DNA from: the human T2T-CHM13v2.0 reference genome, Homo sapiens
DNA: 64,000 nucleotides
Assembly (NCBI RefSeq): GCF_009914755.1
Contig: NC_060926.1
Reading direction: 5' to 3' (one strand)
Positions 1 to 14,179 of the stretch are shown here, piece after piece; the stretch's first letter is position 1; each line of letters opens with the position of its first letter. Position numbers and translations under genes: made by a program. The notes under the pieces are model-generated. The model was not told where the DNA came from. It made no database searches and saw nothing but the letters and a program-made list of their open reading frames with translations.

Positions 1-129
1 TAGGCATCTGATTTTCATAGAAGCAACTCAAAGTGACAACTTGAGAGTGAAAAAATGGCCATTTTCCAATGTAGTGATTCTTTTGGGATTACTTTGAGAA
101 TATTTTGTATCAAGAGACATATTTTCTTA

Positions 130-288
130 TTTATTTATTTATTTATTTGAGATGAGGGTCTCACTATGTTGCCCAGGCAGGAGTGCAGTGGCTATTCACA
201 GACATGATCATGGTGCACTACAGCCTCCAGCTGCTGGCCTCAGCCCCCTGAGTGCCTGGGATTTTAGTTGTGTGCCACAGCACGCGGC
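130..288 (-). mobile_element. FAM (fossil Alu monomer, 7SL-derived SINE)
   Basis: Single monomer with the 7SL-like GAGTGCAGTGGCTATTCACAG segment and a (TTTA)n tail; 18-bp TSD AAGAGACATATTTTCTTA at 112-129 and 289-306. Confidence 0.8.
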
Positions 289-384
289 AAGAGACATATT
301 TTCTTAGTGGCTCAATATCTAAGACTTAACTAGCAGATTAGTCTTTCCAGCATTACCCAAATCACAGAAAGTATCTTAGAAGTA

Positions 385-480
385 ATTTTGTAGATGAGGA
401 AACTGAGGCTCTGAGAGGTGAGGTGTCCGAGCCAGTGCCAGACTTGTACTGACCATCACATGCCTAGATACTAAATCATC
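385..480 (-). mobile_element. MIR fragment
   Basis: Reverse MIR core TTTTGTAGATGAGGAAACTGAGGCTCTGAGAGG. Confidence 0.7.
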
Positions 481-1290
481 CTGACCTGGCACATGGTCCA
501 CATTAGAGTTAATTTGTGAAAACATGTATGTACAGATGTAGAAAAAATACTGACAGGGACCTGTGGCATTTGTTTTCAACCTGAGAAGTGTGCCTGACAG
601 TGTTCCCATGACCATTCTTACATGTGCTTGTTAACTGCAGTTATAGTGCTTTATCAGATATGATGTCAGCTTTAAGATCAAGTCACATAGTAGGCTCATA
701 GAACTTTCGGGAATGGCAGAATCCAGATAGACTTTGGGTCAGTTTTTAATCAGCCATTCCAATCTGACACTACAGTGAGTGCTTATAGTATTGGAACCTT
801 ATAATAATATACTTTATTTTCTCTCTTCCTGACTTTTGTGCTATTGTTGTCATATTTATGTAATAAACCCCACATTATATTGTTACTGCTTTTGTTTGAA
901 AAGTTATCTTTTAAAGATATGTAAATGATAATTTACAAAATCATATATTTACTATGTATTTACCATTTATGGTGCCTTTCATTCCTTTTTGCAGATGCAT
1001 ATTTCCATCTGGAATCATTTTCTTTCTTCTTAAAAGGACTTTCTTTAACATTTCTTGTTTCCAATGGTGCTAACTTTTTCACTTCTGTGTGTCTGAAAGT
1101 GTCTTTATTTTGCCTTCAATTTTGAAGATATTTTCACTGGGCATAAAATTCTAGGTAGACTGTATTTTTCTTTTTAGTGTTTTGAAGATGTAGCCTCCTG
1201 TTTGCATTGTTTTCAGTGAGAAATCTATTATCCTTATCTTTGTACATACTGTATCTTTTTTCTCTGGCTGCTTTAAGATTTCTTTTTATC

Positions 1291-1597
1291 TGCCGGGCGC
1301 TGTGGCTGACGCCTGTAATCCCAGCACTTTGGGAGGCTGAGGTGGCAGATCACTCGAGGTCAGGAGTACGAGACCAGCCTGGCCAACATGGTGAAACCCT
1401 GTCTCTACTAAAAATACAAAAATTGGCCGGGCGTGGTGGTGGGCACCTGTAACCTCAGCTATTTGGGAGGCTGAGGCAGGAGAATCACTTGAACCTGGGA
1501 GGCAGAGGTTGCAGTAAGCTGAGGTTGTGCCACTGTTTTCTACCTTGGGTGACAGAGTGAGACTGTCTCAAAAAAAAAAAAAAAAGAAAGAAAGAAA
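1291..1597 (+). mobile_element. AluS (Sx/Sz-like)
   Basis: Full dimer with A tail; TSD AAGAT(T)TCTTTTTATC at 1275-1290 and 1598-1612. Confidence 0.95.
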
Positions 1598-1939
1598 AAG
1601 ATTCTTTTTATCATTGGTGTTGAGTAATTTGATCAGGATGTACCTTGATGTGGTTTTCTTTATGTCTTTTGTGCCACTGAGATTCATTAAGCATCTTTAA
1701 TCTGTGGGATTTTTGTTTTCAAGAAAGTTGGACAAGTTTCTGCTATTATTTCTTCACACATGGTTTTCTGTTTTTTCTTCATTATTCTGTCTTTTGTGGG
1801 GAGTCCATGTACTGTATATTAGGCTGCTTAAAGTTATCTCACAGCTCACTGAGGCTATGTTCATTTTTTAAAGTTCTCTTTTCTCTGTTTCACTTTGGAT
1901 AGTTTCTATTGCTGTGTCTTTACACTTAGTTTCTTTTAA

Positions 1940-2093
1940 CTTTTTTCTTTTTAAATTGAGGTAGAGTCTCACCTCAGTTTATGAGGTAAGACTGTGTTGC
2001 CCAGGCTAGACTTGAACTCTTGGGCTCAAGCTATCCTTCCACCTCAGCTTCCTGAGTAGCTGGGATTATAGGCTTATACCACTGTGCCTGGCC
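1940..2093 (-). mobile_element. FLAM-type Alu monomer
   Basis: TGTTGCCCAGGCTAGACTTGAACTCTTGGGCTCAAG...CTGTGCCTGGCC; carries a 20-nt insertion. Confidence 0.85.
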
Positions 2094-2760
2094 CACATTT
2101 AGTAATCTCTTCTTTGGCAATGTCTACAGTATTAATCTCATCCAAGGATATATTTTTAATTTCAGACTTTGTAGTTTTCAGCTCTAGAAGTGTTATTTGG
2201 GTCTTTAAAAATATCTCCGTATCTCTACTTAACTTTTCGAACATACGGAATATAATTATAACTGTTTTTAATATCCTTGCCTGCTAATTCTAATCTTTGT
2301 GACAGCTCTGGGTCAGGATCTCCTTACCATGAGTCATATTTCCCTGCTTCTTTATGTGCCTGGTAATTTTTGATTGGATGCTAAATATTGGGAATTTTAC
2401 CTTGTTGGGTGCTGGATATTTTTGCATTCCTGTAAATGTTCTTGAGCTTTGTTCTGTGACGCAATTAATTTACTTAGAAATAGTTTCACTCTTTAAGGTC
2501 TTGGCTTTAAGATTTGTTTAGTGGGACCAGATAGTGCTCAATTTAAGGCTAATTGTTTCCATGAACTAGGCAAGACCCTTCTGTGTACTGTACCCAATGT
2601 CCGCTGAATCATGAGGCTTTCTAGTTTGGCAGGTGGGAGTAGACTGTTCTTGATTCTGTGAGTGTAGGCACTGTTCTGTCATCTCTAGTGCGTTCTAGTG
2701 TTTTTTTCTCCAACCTCTTTGGCTTCCTTATACCTATGAGCATGACTTAACTGAATTCTT

Positions 2761-3073
<313 letters not shown>

Positions 3074-3639
3074 TCACTGAATTCTTGATGGGAACTCTCT
3101 GCAGATCTCTGGAAATCTCTCTGTGAACATCTCCCTTTTCCTTTGGACTACAGCTGCCTTGGTTTTTCTGAACTGTCAGCTCAAGTCTGCTGCCCTGGGC
3201 CTGGGTTCCCCCTCCCTGTGCCACTGCTGGAAACTCACTCAAGGTAGTAACCTAGTGTAGTCTTTCTTAGGACTCACCTCACTCCTTTCCTCTCTCTTGG
3301 GGATCACTGTCTTTTGTTGCCTGATAATATCTTGAAAACTATTTCTTTGTATGTTTTGTCCACTTCTTGGTTGTCTCCAACAGGAAGATAAATTCAGTCC
3401 TTCATCTTGGCCAGAAGGAGAAGTCCCCCAGATATCTGTTGAAAGTGAGGAGGCAGGCAGAGGAGTGAAGTGGAGGTCTTGAGGGATTGTGGTAAAAGTT
3501 AACATAGCCAGTGCGGTGAAGAGGAAAGAGCTTACCATTGGAAGCCCACCTGAGAGGGAGAGTTACTCTAGCAATGCAGTTGAGTGAGTTGGCTAGCAGT
3601 TTTATTGATTCATTGACTGATTCCTTTTTGCTACTATTC

Positions 3640-3890
3640 ATTTACTTATTCAGTGCCTACTCTGCACCAGGGTCTTAACATACATTATTTCTCATCCTTA
3701 CAATAGGCCTACAAGGTGTTGGTATTGTTAATCCTTTACCCCCACACTGTACCCCACCTTCCCCCACCGTGAGCCCCAGCCTTTCTCAGTTTCACAGATG
3801 AGAAAATAGAAATGTCAACTGACTGCCAAGCTCCTGCAGTTTGTAAATTGTATAATCAGATTTCAAACCCAGTTTCCTGTAGCTCCAAAG
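3640..3890 (-). mobile_element. MIR
   Basis: TTATTCAGTGCCTACTCTGCACCAGG...TTTCACAGATGAGAAAAT...GATTTCAAACCCAG. Confidence 0.65.
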
Positions 3891-4219
3891 CCAATTGGCC
3901 CATAATGCCTTTTCCTTGCCAGGGTTGGGATTTGTGTTTGAGACAGTGAGCTGGGGGGAATTGAGAGTGCTAAAAAGAGGTTGAAGTGACAGCTCATGAT
4001 TAAGTAGACAGGGAAGAGAGGAAGCCAAAGATGAAGGCTGGTGGATGGGAAGAAAAAAGAAGCTTCAGCGGCCTTCAGTTCTCTATGGTGTGGACAATGG
4101 CTGTAATGGCCTTAAAGAAACAAGGGAGCCTGTAGTTAGCCCCAGATGATGACAGTGAGGAGTGATGGGGGAGAAAGAAGTCTTAGAATTCTACCTGATC
4201 TAATAAGTTCTGGATCTCT

Positions 4220-4440
4220 AATAACAGTTCCAGATAGATTGTAGGTCTGAGAAAGGTAAAACAACAAAGCTTCTAGAAAAAGAAAATAAGCAAAGATTTC
4301 CTAAACAGGACATAAAGAGTGCTCATGATAAAGGAAAACAATAGACAAATGGGACTTTACTGAAGGATCTTTTCAGCAAAAACACTGTGCAGAGGACAAA
4401 AAATCAAGCAGCACAGCAGGAGATATTTCCCGTATATATG
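4220..4440 (+). mobile_element. Old L1 ORF2 3' fragment
   Basis: AAAGCTTCTAGAAAAAG...GCAAAGATTTCCTAAACAGGACATAAA resembles L1ME ORF2 3' region. Confidence 0.6.
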
Positions 4441-5289
4441 CCCAAGTCACTTTTAGGTCAGCGACTTGGACAAATGAGAAGTTACATGTAGTCACTTATT
4501 GAAACACGAATTCATTAATAAATATGATAGATTTGTATATTTCCAGAATTGTTTGTCTAATCCTCTTAAGGGCATTATGTCGCTAAGCAGCACAGCTAAG
4601 TGTTTGATCAGTTTAATTAGAATGATCATTTGTCACACTTTAGAAGCATTTGGCTCTTGGCTATGAAAATATCAAAGGGTGGGCAAAAAAGTATTAATTT
4701 TGCCTTTTTTGAAAATGATATTTCAAACTGTTAAAATCTAGTCACAGTTGAATTAGTAAGTAACCTTCAACTACTTGAGCCTACCCAATATGCTGATTAA
4801 TCAGATGATGCATCCAACTTTTCCACAATTCTTTTTAATACTGTATTACACAGCCACATGCTTAGGATTTCTCTTATTGGCTGTTTTGAGAAAGCTGGCA
4901 TCTAATTTTTGTCTTGTGTGAAGAACTAAAGTATTTTCCAACAGGTAGAATGAAACAAAAAAGACCCGTCTCGGGTTTATGTGTGGTGAAAAAGCTAGCA
5001 TATACTGTGTCAGTACAAAGGAAACTGAGAACCCAAATAGCACTTAAAGTTGTGTGGTTAGGGATTATGAGGCATGACATAGCAATGAGACTGAGTTCAC
5101 AGGAAAAACGGTGTCCTTACTTGATCATCTTCCTCTCTATACAGTGGACAATGGGACAGAAAATCAGCACAAAATGAAGAGGCCACTGTCACATAACCTG
5201 TATATTTAGTGATATCATTATCCAGCCTTTGGTTTTCAAGATGAAGAAAGGGATAGAAAATTTGATTTATGTTGAATCACTTACCATAG

Positions 5290-5789
<500 letters not shown>

Positions 5790-5902
5790 GTTTTTGTTTG
5801 TTTGTTTTGTTTTGTTTTTAAAGAGAAAGCGATAGCCAGTGGGTCCCTGCCTATAAAGGTGGTCTTGTGTGGGTGCACCTGTGAGTGCTGCTGTGGCAGA
5901 GT

Positions 5903-6328
5903 GGTATACTGGTTTCCCATGGCTACTGTAATAAATTACCACAAACTTAGTGGCTTAAAACAACACAAATGTATTCTCTCCTGTTCTGGTCCTTGGTGTT
6001 CCTTAGCTCATGGCCACATAACTCAAAATCTCTGTTTTATTTTACATCCCTTTTCCTCTGTGTGTGTCTTCTCCTTTTCTTTGTCTGTGTCAGAACTCTC
6101 TCTGCCTCTGTCTTACAAGGATACATGTAATTGTATTTAGGGCCCACTTGGATTATCCAGGATAAGCACCTCCTCTCAGTATCCTTCACTTAATCATATG
6201 TTTTGGGGTCATATATGGTAAAATATTCTCTCTTAGCCATATAAGGTAATATCTACAAGCTCAGGGGATTAGGAAGTGAACATAATTTTTTAAGGGTGGG
6301 GTCGGTGTGTATTTTTCAGCCAACTGCA
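5903..6328 (-). mobile_element. MLT1-family MaLR solo LTR (MLT1C/D-like)
   Basis: AAATTACCACAAACTTAGTGGCTTAAAACAACACAAAT and ATTTAGGGCCCACTTGGATTATCCAGGAT are MLT1 hallmarks. Confidence 0.8.
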
Positions 6329-6508
6329 GTTGGTTTTTCCAGCTGTGAGTACATCTGCATCAGGAGATGCCTGCAGAAGTAAATTTGGGAACATCTGCAT
6401 GCCATGAGTATGCAGGGGAAGTCACCTATGAGAACCTCTTGTGTGCTGACCTGGAGTTAGAGCTGCTGTGTTTGTCTGGGGAGGAGGGTGGGAGATGGAG
6501 ATGGAGAG

Positions 6509-7258
<750 letters not shown>

Positions 7259-7369
7259 TATTTGCTTATGTTTTGGTCTTAAACCTTTTTTATTGTCAAC
7301 ACACACCTCTCTCCTGTATTGGATCTCCTGCTTTCTATGTCTTCATGTTTTCCTCTTCTTTGCTTGTCC

Positions 7370-7605
7370 CTCTGTCTTTCCCTCCCCTCCCCTCCCTTCC
7401 CCTCCCCTTCCCTCCCATCCCCTCCTCTCCCCTCCCTTCCCCTCCATTTCCTTCCCCTCCCATCCTTTTCCTTTCCTTTCCTTTTCCTTCCCTTCTTCCC
7501 TCTTTCCCTCCTTCTGTCCTTCCATCCTTCCTTCCTTCCTCTCTTCTTTCCTTCCATCCTTCCTTCCTTCCTCTCTTCTTTCCTTCCTCCCCTTTCTTTC
7601 TTTTT
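7370..7605. repeat. Polypyrimidine simple repeat (CCCCT/CCTTT/CCTT)n
   Basis: About 235 bp almost entirely C/T on the + strand. Confidence 0.95.
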
Positions 7606-7619
7606 AATGTAGCACACCC

Positions 7620-8640
7620 TCCGTTAGCTTCCTGAGAGGGTAAAATTTTTGAGATCTTAAATGTCTATAAATATTTTTACACTATTCTCATTCTTGATTT
7701 ATAGTCTGGGCCTAAAATTCAAGGTTGGGAATAATTTTCCTTTAGAATATTCAAGGCTTTAGTCCACTGCCCCCTAGCTTCTGAACTTACTGTTAAGAAG
7801 ACCAAAGCCATTCTAAAACCTAAGTTTGTTTTTCTGTCTGGTAGTTAGTAGTATTTTCTCTCTTTATGTTCAATCTTTTGTCCGTCTTTGGTGTGCCGTT
7901 TCAGTCTGGAAAATTAAGGTCTTTAAGATCTGAAACATCTTCATTAGTTTTATTGATGCTTTCTTCCCCTCACTTTTCCCTGTTCTCTTTTTCTGGAATT
8001 CTGATTATTTGGGTATTAGACTTTCTGGATTCATTGGTTCTTTAATTTTCTTATGTTTGCTGTCATATTTCTTTGTTTTAAATCTTCTTGCCCTACTTTC
8101 TGGGTGATTTCCTCAACTTTATTTCCCTTTTCCTCTTTTTATTTTCTGGGTTTTCAAAGAGGCAATTTTCCAGCTTTTCTATTGAGTTTTGCATGTTTGA
8201 AATTTCTTCTTTCTTTCTTTCTTTTTTTTTTTTTTTTTTTAGCATCCCTTTCTTGTTTGATGGATGATGCAGTATCTTCTGTCACCCCTCTGAGGTTATT
8301 GACATTTTCTGCTCCCTGCACAGGGAAACCTCGGTGTCCTCCAAGTGGCTTTCTTTATGTTTGTTTTGATCTGTGTTTCATGTTTGAGTTTTTCCTCAGA
8401 TATCTGGTGATTGTGGCTTGCCTGCTTCTGTTTAAGAGTGAGTCCCCAAGGGAGCTGATTTGAGAGCTTCAAGCACTCAAGTGGGTCTTTTAAACTGAGG
8501 GCTTCATGGACAGAGCTGGTCCTGTAAGGAAGCCCACTCTCACTACAGTAGCAGCATCCTGAGGTTTTCCTGTTAGACTGGGCAGATTTCACAGAGATCT
8601 CACAAGCTTTTGCCTGAAGGCTACAGGTCTGGCTACCATT
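7620..8640 (-). mobile_element. HAL1 / old L1-related relic
   Basis: AAAATTCAAGGTTGGGAATAATTTTCCTTTAGAAT...CTAGCTTCTGAACTTACTGTTAAGAAG and GATGCAGTATCTTCT...CTCTGAGG resemble HAL1. Confidence 0.6.
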
Positions 8641-8671
8641 AAGAAAAAAAAAAAACTACTAAATAACTTAA

Positions 8672-9099
<428 letters not shown>

Positions 9100-9306
9100 T
9101 ATAAGTAAATTTGACAGTTAAAAAAAATCCAACAAAGACTTTCAAACTGACCTTCCCCTGCAATTAGGACACCTTAGTATTTTACTGTTAGATGATTCAA
9201 CCTAAGGATATTATTTGATGGCCTTTTGGGTTTGGATATCAATTTAGGAAGGTAAATGTAGATACATTATGCCTTATATACAATGGACATAAAAATGACT
9301 CTTCTT

Positions 9307-9605
9307 GCCTGGACACAGTGATTCATGCCTGTAATCCTAGCACTTTGGGAGGCTGAGGCGGCAAATCACTTGAGGTCAGGGGTTTGACACCAGCCTGGCC
9401 AACCAACATGGTGAAACCCAGCTTCTACTAAAAATATAAAAAATAAGCCGGGCATTGTGGCACATGCCTGTAATCCCAGCTACTTGGGAGGCTGAGGCAG
9501 TAAAATCACTTGAACCCAGGAGGCAGAGGGTGCAGTGAGCCCAGATTGCCCCACTGCACTCCAGCCTGTGTGACAAGTGTGAGACAATGTTTCAAAAAAA
9601 AAAAA
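9307..9605 (+). mobile_element. AluS
   Basis: Full dimer with A tail running into a CA repeat. Confidence 0.93.
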
Positions 9606-9628
9606 CACACACACACACACACACACAC
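9605..9628. repeat. (CA)n microsatellite in Alu tail
   Basis: About 12 AC units. Confidence 0.9.
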
Positions 9629-9778
9629 CTCTCTCTGCTGGAATGGCTCAGAGGCTGGGACAAGGACAGGGGTAGAGGGTTGTTTAAACCCAAGCTACTC
9701 ATTCTTGCCTTTGTATCTTGCTATATTCGTGTAGGGCATGAATTTATACTACATGGATAGAGCAAGATATAAAATCGA

Positions 9779-10080
9779 GGCTAGGTGCAGTGGTTCACGT
9801 CTGTAATTCCAACACTTTGGGAGACCAAGGCAGGAGGATCAGAAGTTCAAGACCAGCCTGGGCAACATAGCAAGACCCTGTCTCTAAAAAAATTAAAAAC
9901 TTAGCCATGTGTGGTGGTGCGCGCCTGTAGTCCCAGCTCCTCACGAGGCTAAGGAAGAAGGATTGCTTGAGCCGAGAGTTTGAGGCTGCAGTTAGCTATC
10001 ATTGTACCACCACAATCCAGCTTGGGCTACAGAGTGAGATCCTATCTCAAAAACAAACAAACAAATAAACGAAAACCCAA
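9779..10080 (+). mobile_element. AluJ
   Basis: GGCAACATAGCAAGACCCTG and GAGTTTGAGGCTGCAG J-type positions. Confidence 0.9.
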
Positions 10081-11553
10081 AAAAGTCAAGGAGGTCCTGA
10101 ACCACTCAGTTAATCCTAAAACCCCTGTATGCAAATAGGTGAGCAGGTGCCTGACTTTCAATATGGTTTCAGAGACTGGATAACCTTGTGTCCTGGGGCC
10201 CAAGGGGATGGTCTTTGATTAATATCTGACTGTGCCTAGGGCTCAGCTTTCAGTTTGTCCCAGCCCCAGGACCTCCGGTCTCCTCAGGGCTCCTGCCAGA
10301 GCAAGATTGCTTCCGGCACTTGCTCCTTATTTCCTGACCTCAGCCAGATGCCATTTTGATAGGGATGCCTTACCCTCCTCTGTCTCTGCAGCCCTGCCAG
10401 GGCTGGAGTCTCTACCTGACCCCATTCTGAAGCACTCACTACATCTTCATCTTTGCTTTTGGATCTCTCAGGTGTCAGCCACTGGCCCCAGTCCCTTATT
10501 GCTGCCCTACCATTACCCTCTGCCCAGATTCCCAGCTCGGAGCCACATGAGCCCTTTCCCTTCTCCTTGGAGGAGTGGTGTCTTCAATTGTAATGCACTG
10601 TGTTTTCTTCATTAAAGCATTGTTGTAAGTGGTGGTTAGGAACTCTAACTCTGTTATGGCTTCCCACATGGCCTGGACTCCACCAATTATAACACATTTT
10701 AAAGGAATAGTATATGTTTTGATTTCCAGGTCATAAATTTGAACAACCCATGTTTTGGCATAGGTTCCATTGGGAAGTTGGGGGCTGCTTTGCCATATCA
10801 TGCAAGGGAGAAAAAATGTCATCATCAAATATTCATTAAGCTCCCACTTGTGCCTCGTGCTGTTGTGCCTGCTGAGTCTGTGAGGCCTCTGCTGGGCCTG
10901 TTTTTATAAACTCTAACAAGGCCGCCTTACAAATTGCCCTCTGAAGCTCAGCACACTGTAGAGGTTTCCCTGACATACCCTGTGTCATGCTAATGGAGAG
11001 GATTAAGGCAAGAAGTGTTCCTAGTCTGACAGAGTGCAATTGTAATTTAAATATGTCCTTTCCTGGAGCCCGAGTTCTTTTAGTCACTGAGCCTGCGCTA
11101 ATTTGTGTGATTCTTTTAGGGGCCAGGGCACTCTTCTTAGAGTTTTTTAAAATTAATACTTCCTATCGGTTCAGTGTTTTATTTCAAGTGAGGCATTCTT
11201 AGAATAATGTGACACAGAGTGATTTCTGAAAGATTAAAGCAGTGTGTTCTGAGGTGAGCCTTACAATTAATTGCCTGAATTGGCTCTAATTATACATAAA
11301 GAGCCAAGCTATTAGTGTTAAGAAGAAGTGACTTCAGAAAGTACAGCTGGTCCCAAAGACCGAATAACTATTGCAAACAGTAATCAGTGAGGTGATACTT
11401 ATTGTATAAAACACCTTAGCTGGAAATTACTTGTGTCCATTCTAATTGGGTTTTCCCCTTACACTTGGTTATTTCCTTTTCAGTGAAAGTATGCAATTTT
11501 TTAAACGCAGAGGCTAAAACTAAAATAGCTCATTGGAAAACATTTTTATGTAA

Positions 11554-11884
<331 letters not shown>

Positions 11885-11909
11885 GAGCACGGACCCTCTT
11901 GATTGCTCC

Positions 11910-12950
11910 TCTTTAGATACTTTTGGAAGCTCTTCTTCCACCCACCTAAAATGTCAGTACTTCCAGGAATTTATCCTCAGTCTTCTCACTCCATACTGCC
12001 TCCCTGCTTGACCGCATCAAGTTCTGACTCTCTGCTAGCAAATTCCAAATTTATCTATCTGGGCCAGGTCCCTTCTGAATTCCAGAGGCACATTTTCATA
12101 TGGTTATCTTACAGGAATTACAAACTTGTGCATGCCCAAAACAGAACCATAGACCATGATTGTCCCTCCCAAATCCACCCTTTCCCACCCTGCCCTGGCT
12201 CTTCCACTTAGGAGATCACCCAACACTAAACTCCATGTCTTGTTGATTCTACCGCTAACCATGTGTCTCCATCCTCATCACCCTGCCCTTTTTCATGCCT
12301 CCATCGTCTCCTTCCTAGACTGTAACAGAAGCCTTGCAACTGGTCTCCATCAATCCAATTTGCTTCCTGCCAAACTATACACACCTGCTAGGAAAATATT
12401 AAAAGCACAAGTCTGATCATGTCACTATGTGCTTAAACACGTGCAGTTGCTGTCAGTTATTTGACAAATTTGACCAATCATTGTCTTTTATTTGTGTGGC
12501 TGTTTGAACTTATATGTTCCCCATTCCTAATTTACAACAGCCCAGACTGACTGGTCATCTTTTAGGTGCTTGAATTCATGTAGATGGTTTACTGCATAAG
12601 GCCTTTGCACATGTGTCTGCTGTGACTGGACTGCTCTTCCTCCTGTCCTCTGCCTGGCTACTGCCTGCTTGCCCTTCTCATCTTCAGTGTCATTCCTCGG
12701 TGGCATTTCCAAAAGCCCTCCCCAGTTGGTTAGTTCCCCTACTAAATATGCCAACAGCATCCTGTATTTCCCAGCACTCATTATAATTATAATTAATCAA
12801 GTATTTGTATAATTACTGGTTTGATGACTGATGATGTCCCACTATCCTGTAAACTCCCTAAGAGCAGGGACCATGCCTGTCTGGCACACTATTCTCTCCC
12901 CAGTGCCTTTCATAACAAATATTTGCCAACTGAATGTGTAATGAATGCAG
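11910..12950 (+). mobile_element. L2 3' region
   Basis: GTCTGATCATGTCACT, GCCTTTGCACATG, CTGTAAACTCCCTAAGAGCAGGGACCATG...TGAATG terminus. Confidence 0.75.
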
Positions 12951-13129
12951 TTGGACAGAAGCCGTGGCATATGTTATATGTATTTGAACTTATGTTTGAA
13001 TATGGGGTATCTGATGTTCTAGGAGCCTGACTACTTCCCACTCCAAAATAAGGCAATCCTGTAAAGGCCTTATATAGATTTTGCTAACTGTTCAGCTGTT
13101 ACATCCTCTTTCCCCTTTCATTCTGGAAG

Positions 13130-13830
13130 TAGATTGGTCAAGAGTTCTACCAGAGAAACACAACCAATAGAAGATAAAAGATTTATTGCACACATTGGCT
13201 TGCTCATTTGTGGGGGCTGGCTAGGCAAGTACAAAATCAATCCGTAGGACAGGCTGTCTGGACGAACAGACTGGAATTCTCTGGCACAGGGTGGGGCTGC
13301 TGTTCACAGGTGGAATTTCTTCCCGGGGAACTCGGCTCTGCCCTTAAGGCTTCAACTGATTCAATCAGGCCCACTTATAATCTTCACTTAAAGTCAACTG
13401 ATTATGGACTTTAGTCACATCTACAAAATACTTTCACATGGAACCAGGCACGGTGGCTCATGCCTGTAATCCCAGCTACTCGGGAGGCTGAGACAGGAGG
13501 ATCACTTGAGCCCAGGAGTTTGAAGCCAGCCTAGGCAACATAGTGAGACCCTGTCTCTTAAAAAAAATTTTTTTTTTAATCAGCCAGGTATGGTGGCACG
13601 TGCTTGTAGTTCCAGCTACTCAAGAGGCTGAGGCAGGAGGATTGCTTGAGCCCAGGAGATCGAGGCTGCTGTGTGAGCTGTGATCATACCACTGCATCCA
13701 CTCTGGGCAACAGAACAAGACCATGTCTCTAAACAAACAAAAACCTTTACGGCAATGCCTGGATTAGTATTTGGTTTAATAACTAGACGGTAGCTTGTAA
13801 CAAAGTTGACACATAAAATTGACCATCAAA
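13130..13830 (-). mobile_element. MLT2-family (ERVL) solo LTR split by an Alu
   Basis: CCAGAGAAACACAACCAATAG start, TTAAAGTCAACTGATTATGGACTTT, AAGTTGACACATAAAATTGACCATCA end. Confidence 0.85.
13442..13743 (+). mobile_element. AluJ
   Basis: GGATCACTTGAGCCCAGGAG...GAGGCTGCTGTG J-type dimer nested in MLT2. Confidence 0.9.
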
Positions 13831-14179
13831 TAAGTCTCTGATGCAAAGTACTGGTTTAAAAGCAAAATTATCCTTTAAAAAAAAAAAAAAGAAAAAACAG
13901 AAACAAAAAAACCTTGGTACTTCTGGGATTGGGAATGGTAATGAAATGTTTTATTCAGTGGGTTTCTTATTAGTTATGAGCTATGGAAGTAATGTCTATA
14001 TAAAATAAGTTTTTACCTATTCTGCTGATGTATGCCAAATAACCTCATTCCTCTGCTATCCAAAACAAATGTATCACTATTCAAATGTGAATCAGTAATA
14101 AAATTCTGGAAAAATTGGCCCTTTTATGTGTAGTGTTTCTAATAAGTGGACAACTGTGTCTTCCACAGGTGCCTTTTTG

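Noticed and set aside
130-288. 7SL (SRP) RNA gene or pseudogene
   Set aside because: Lacks the central S domain; length and structure fit a FAM monomer.
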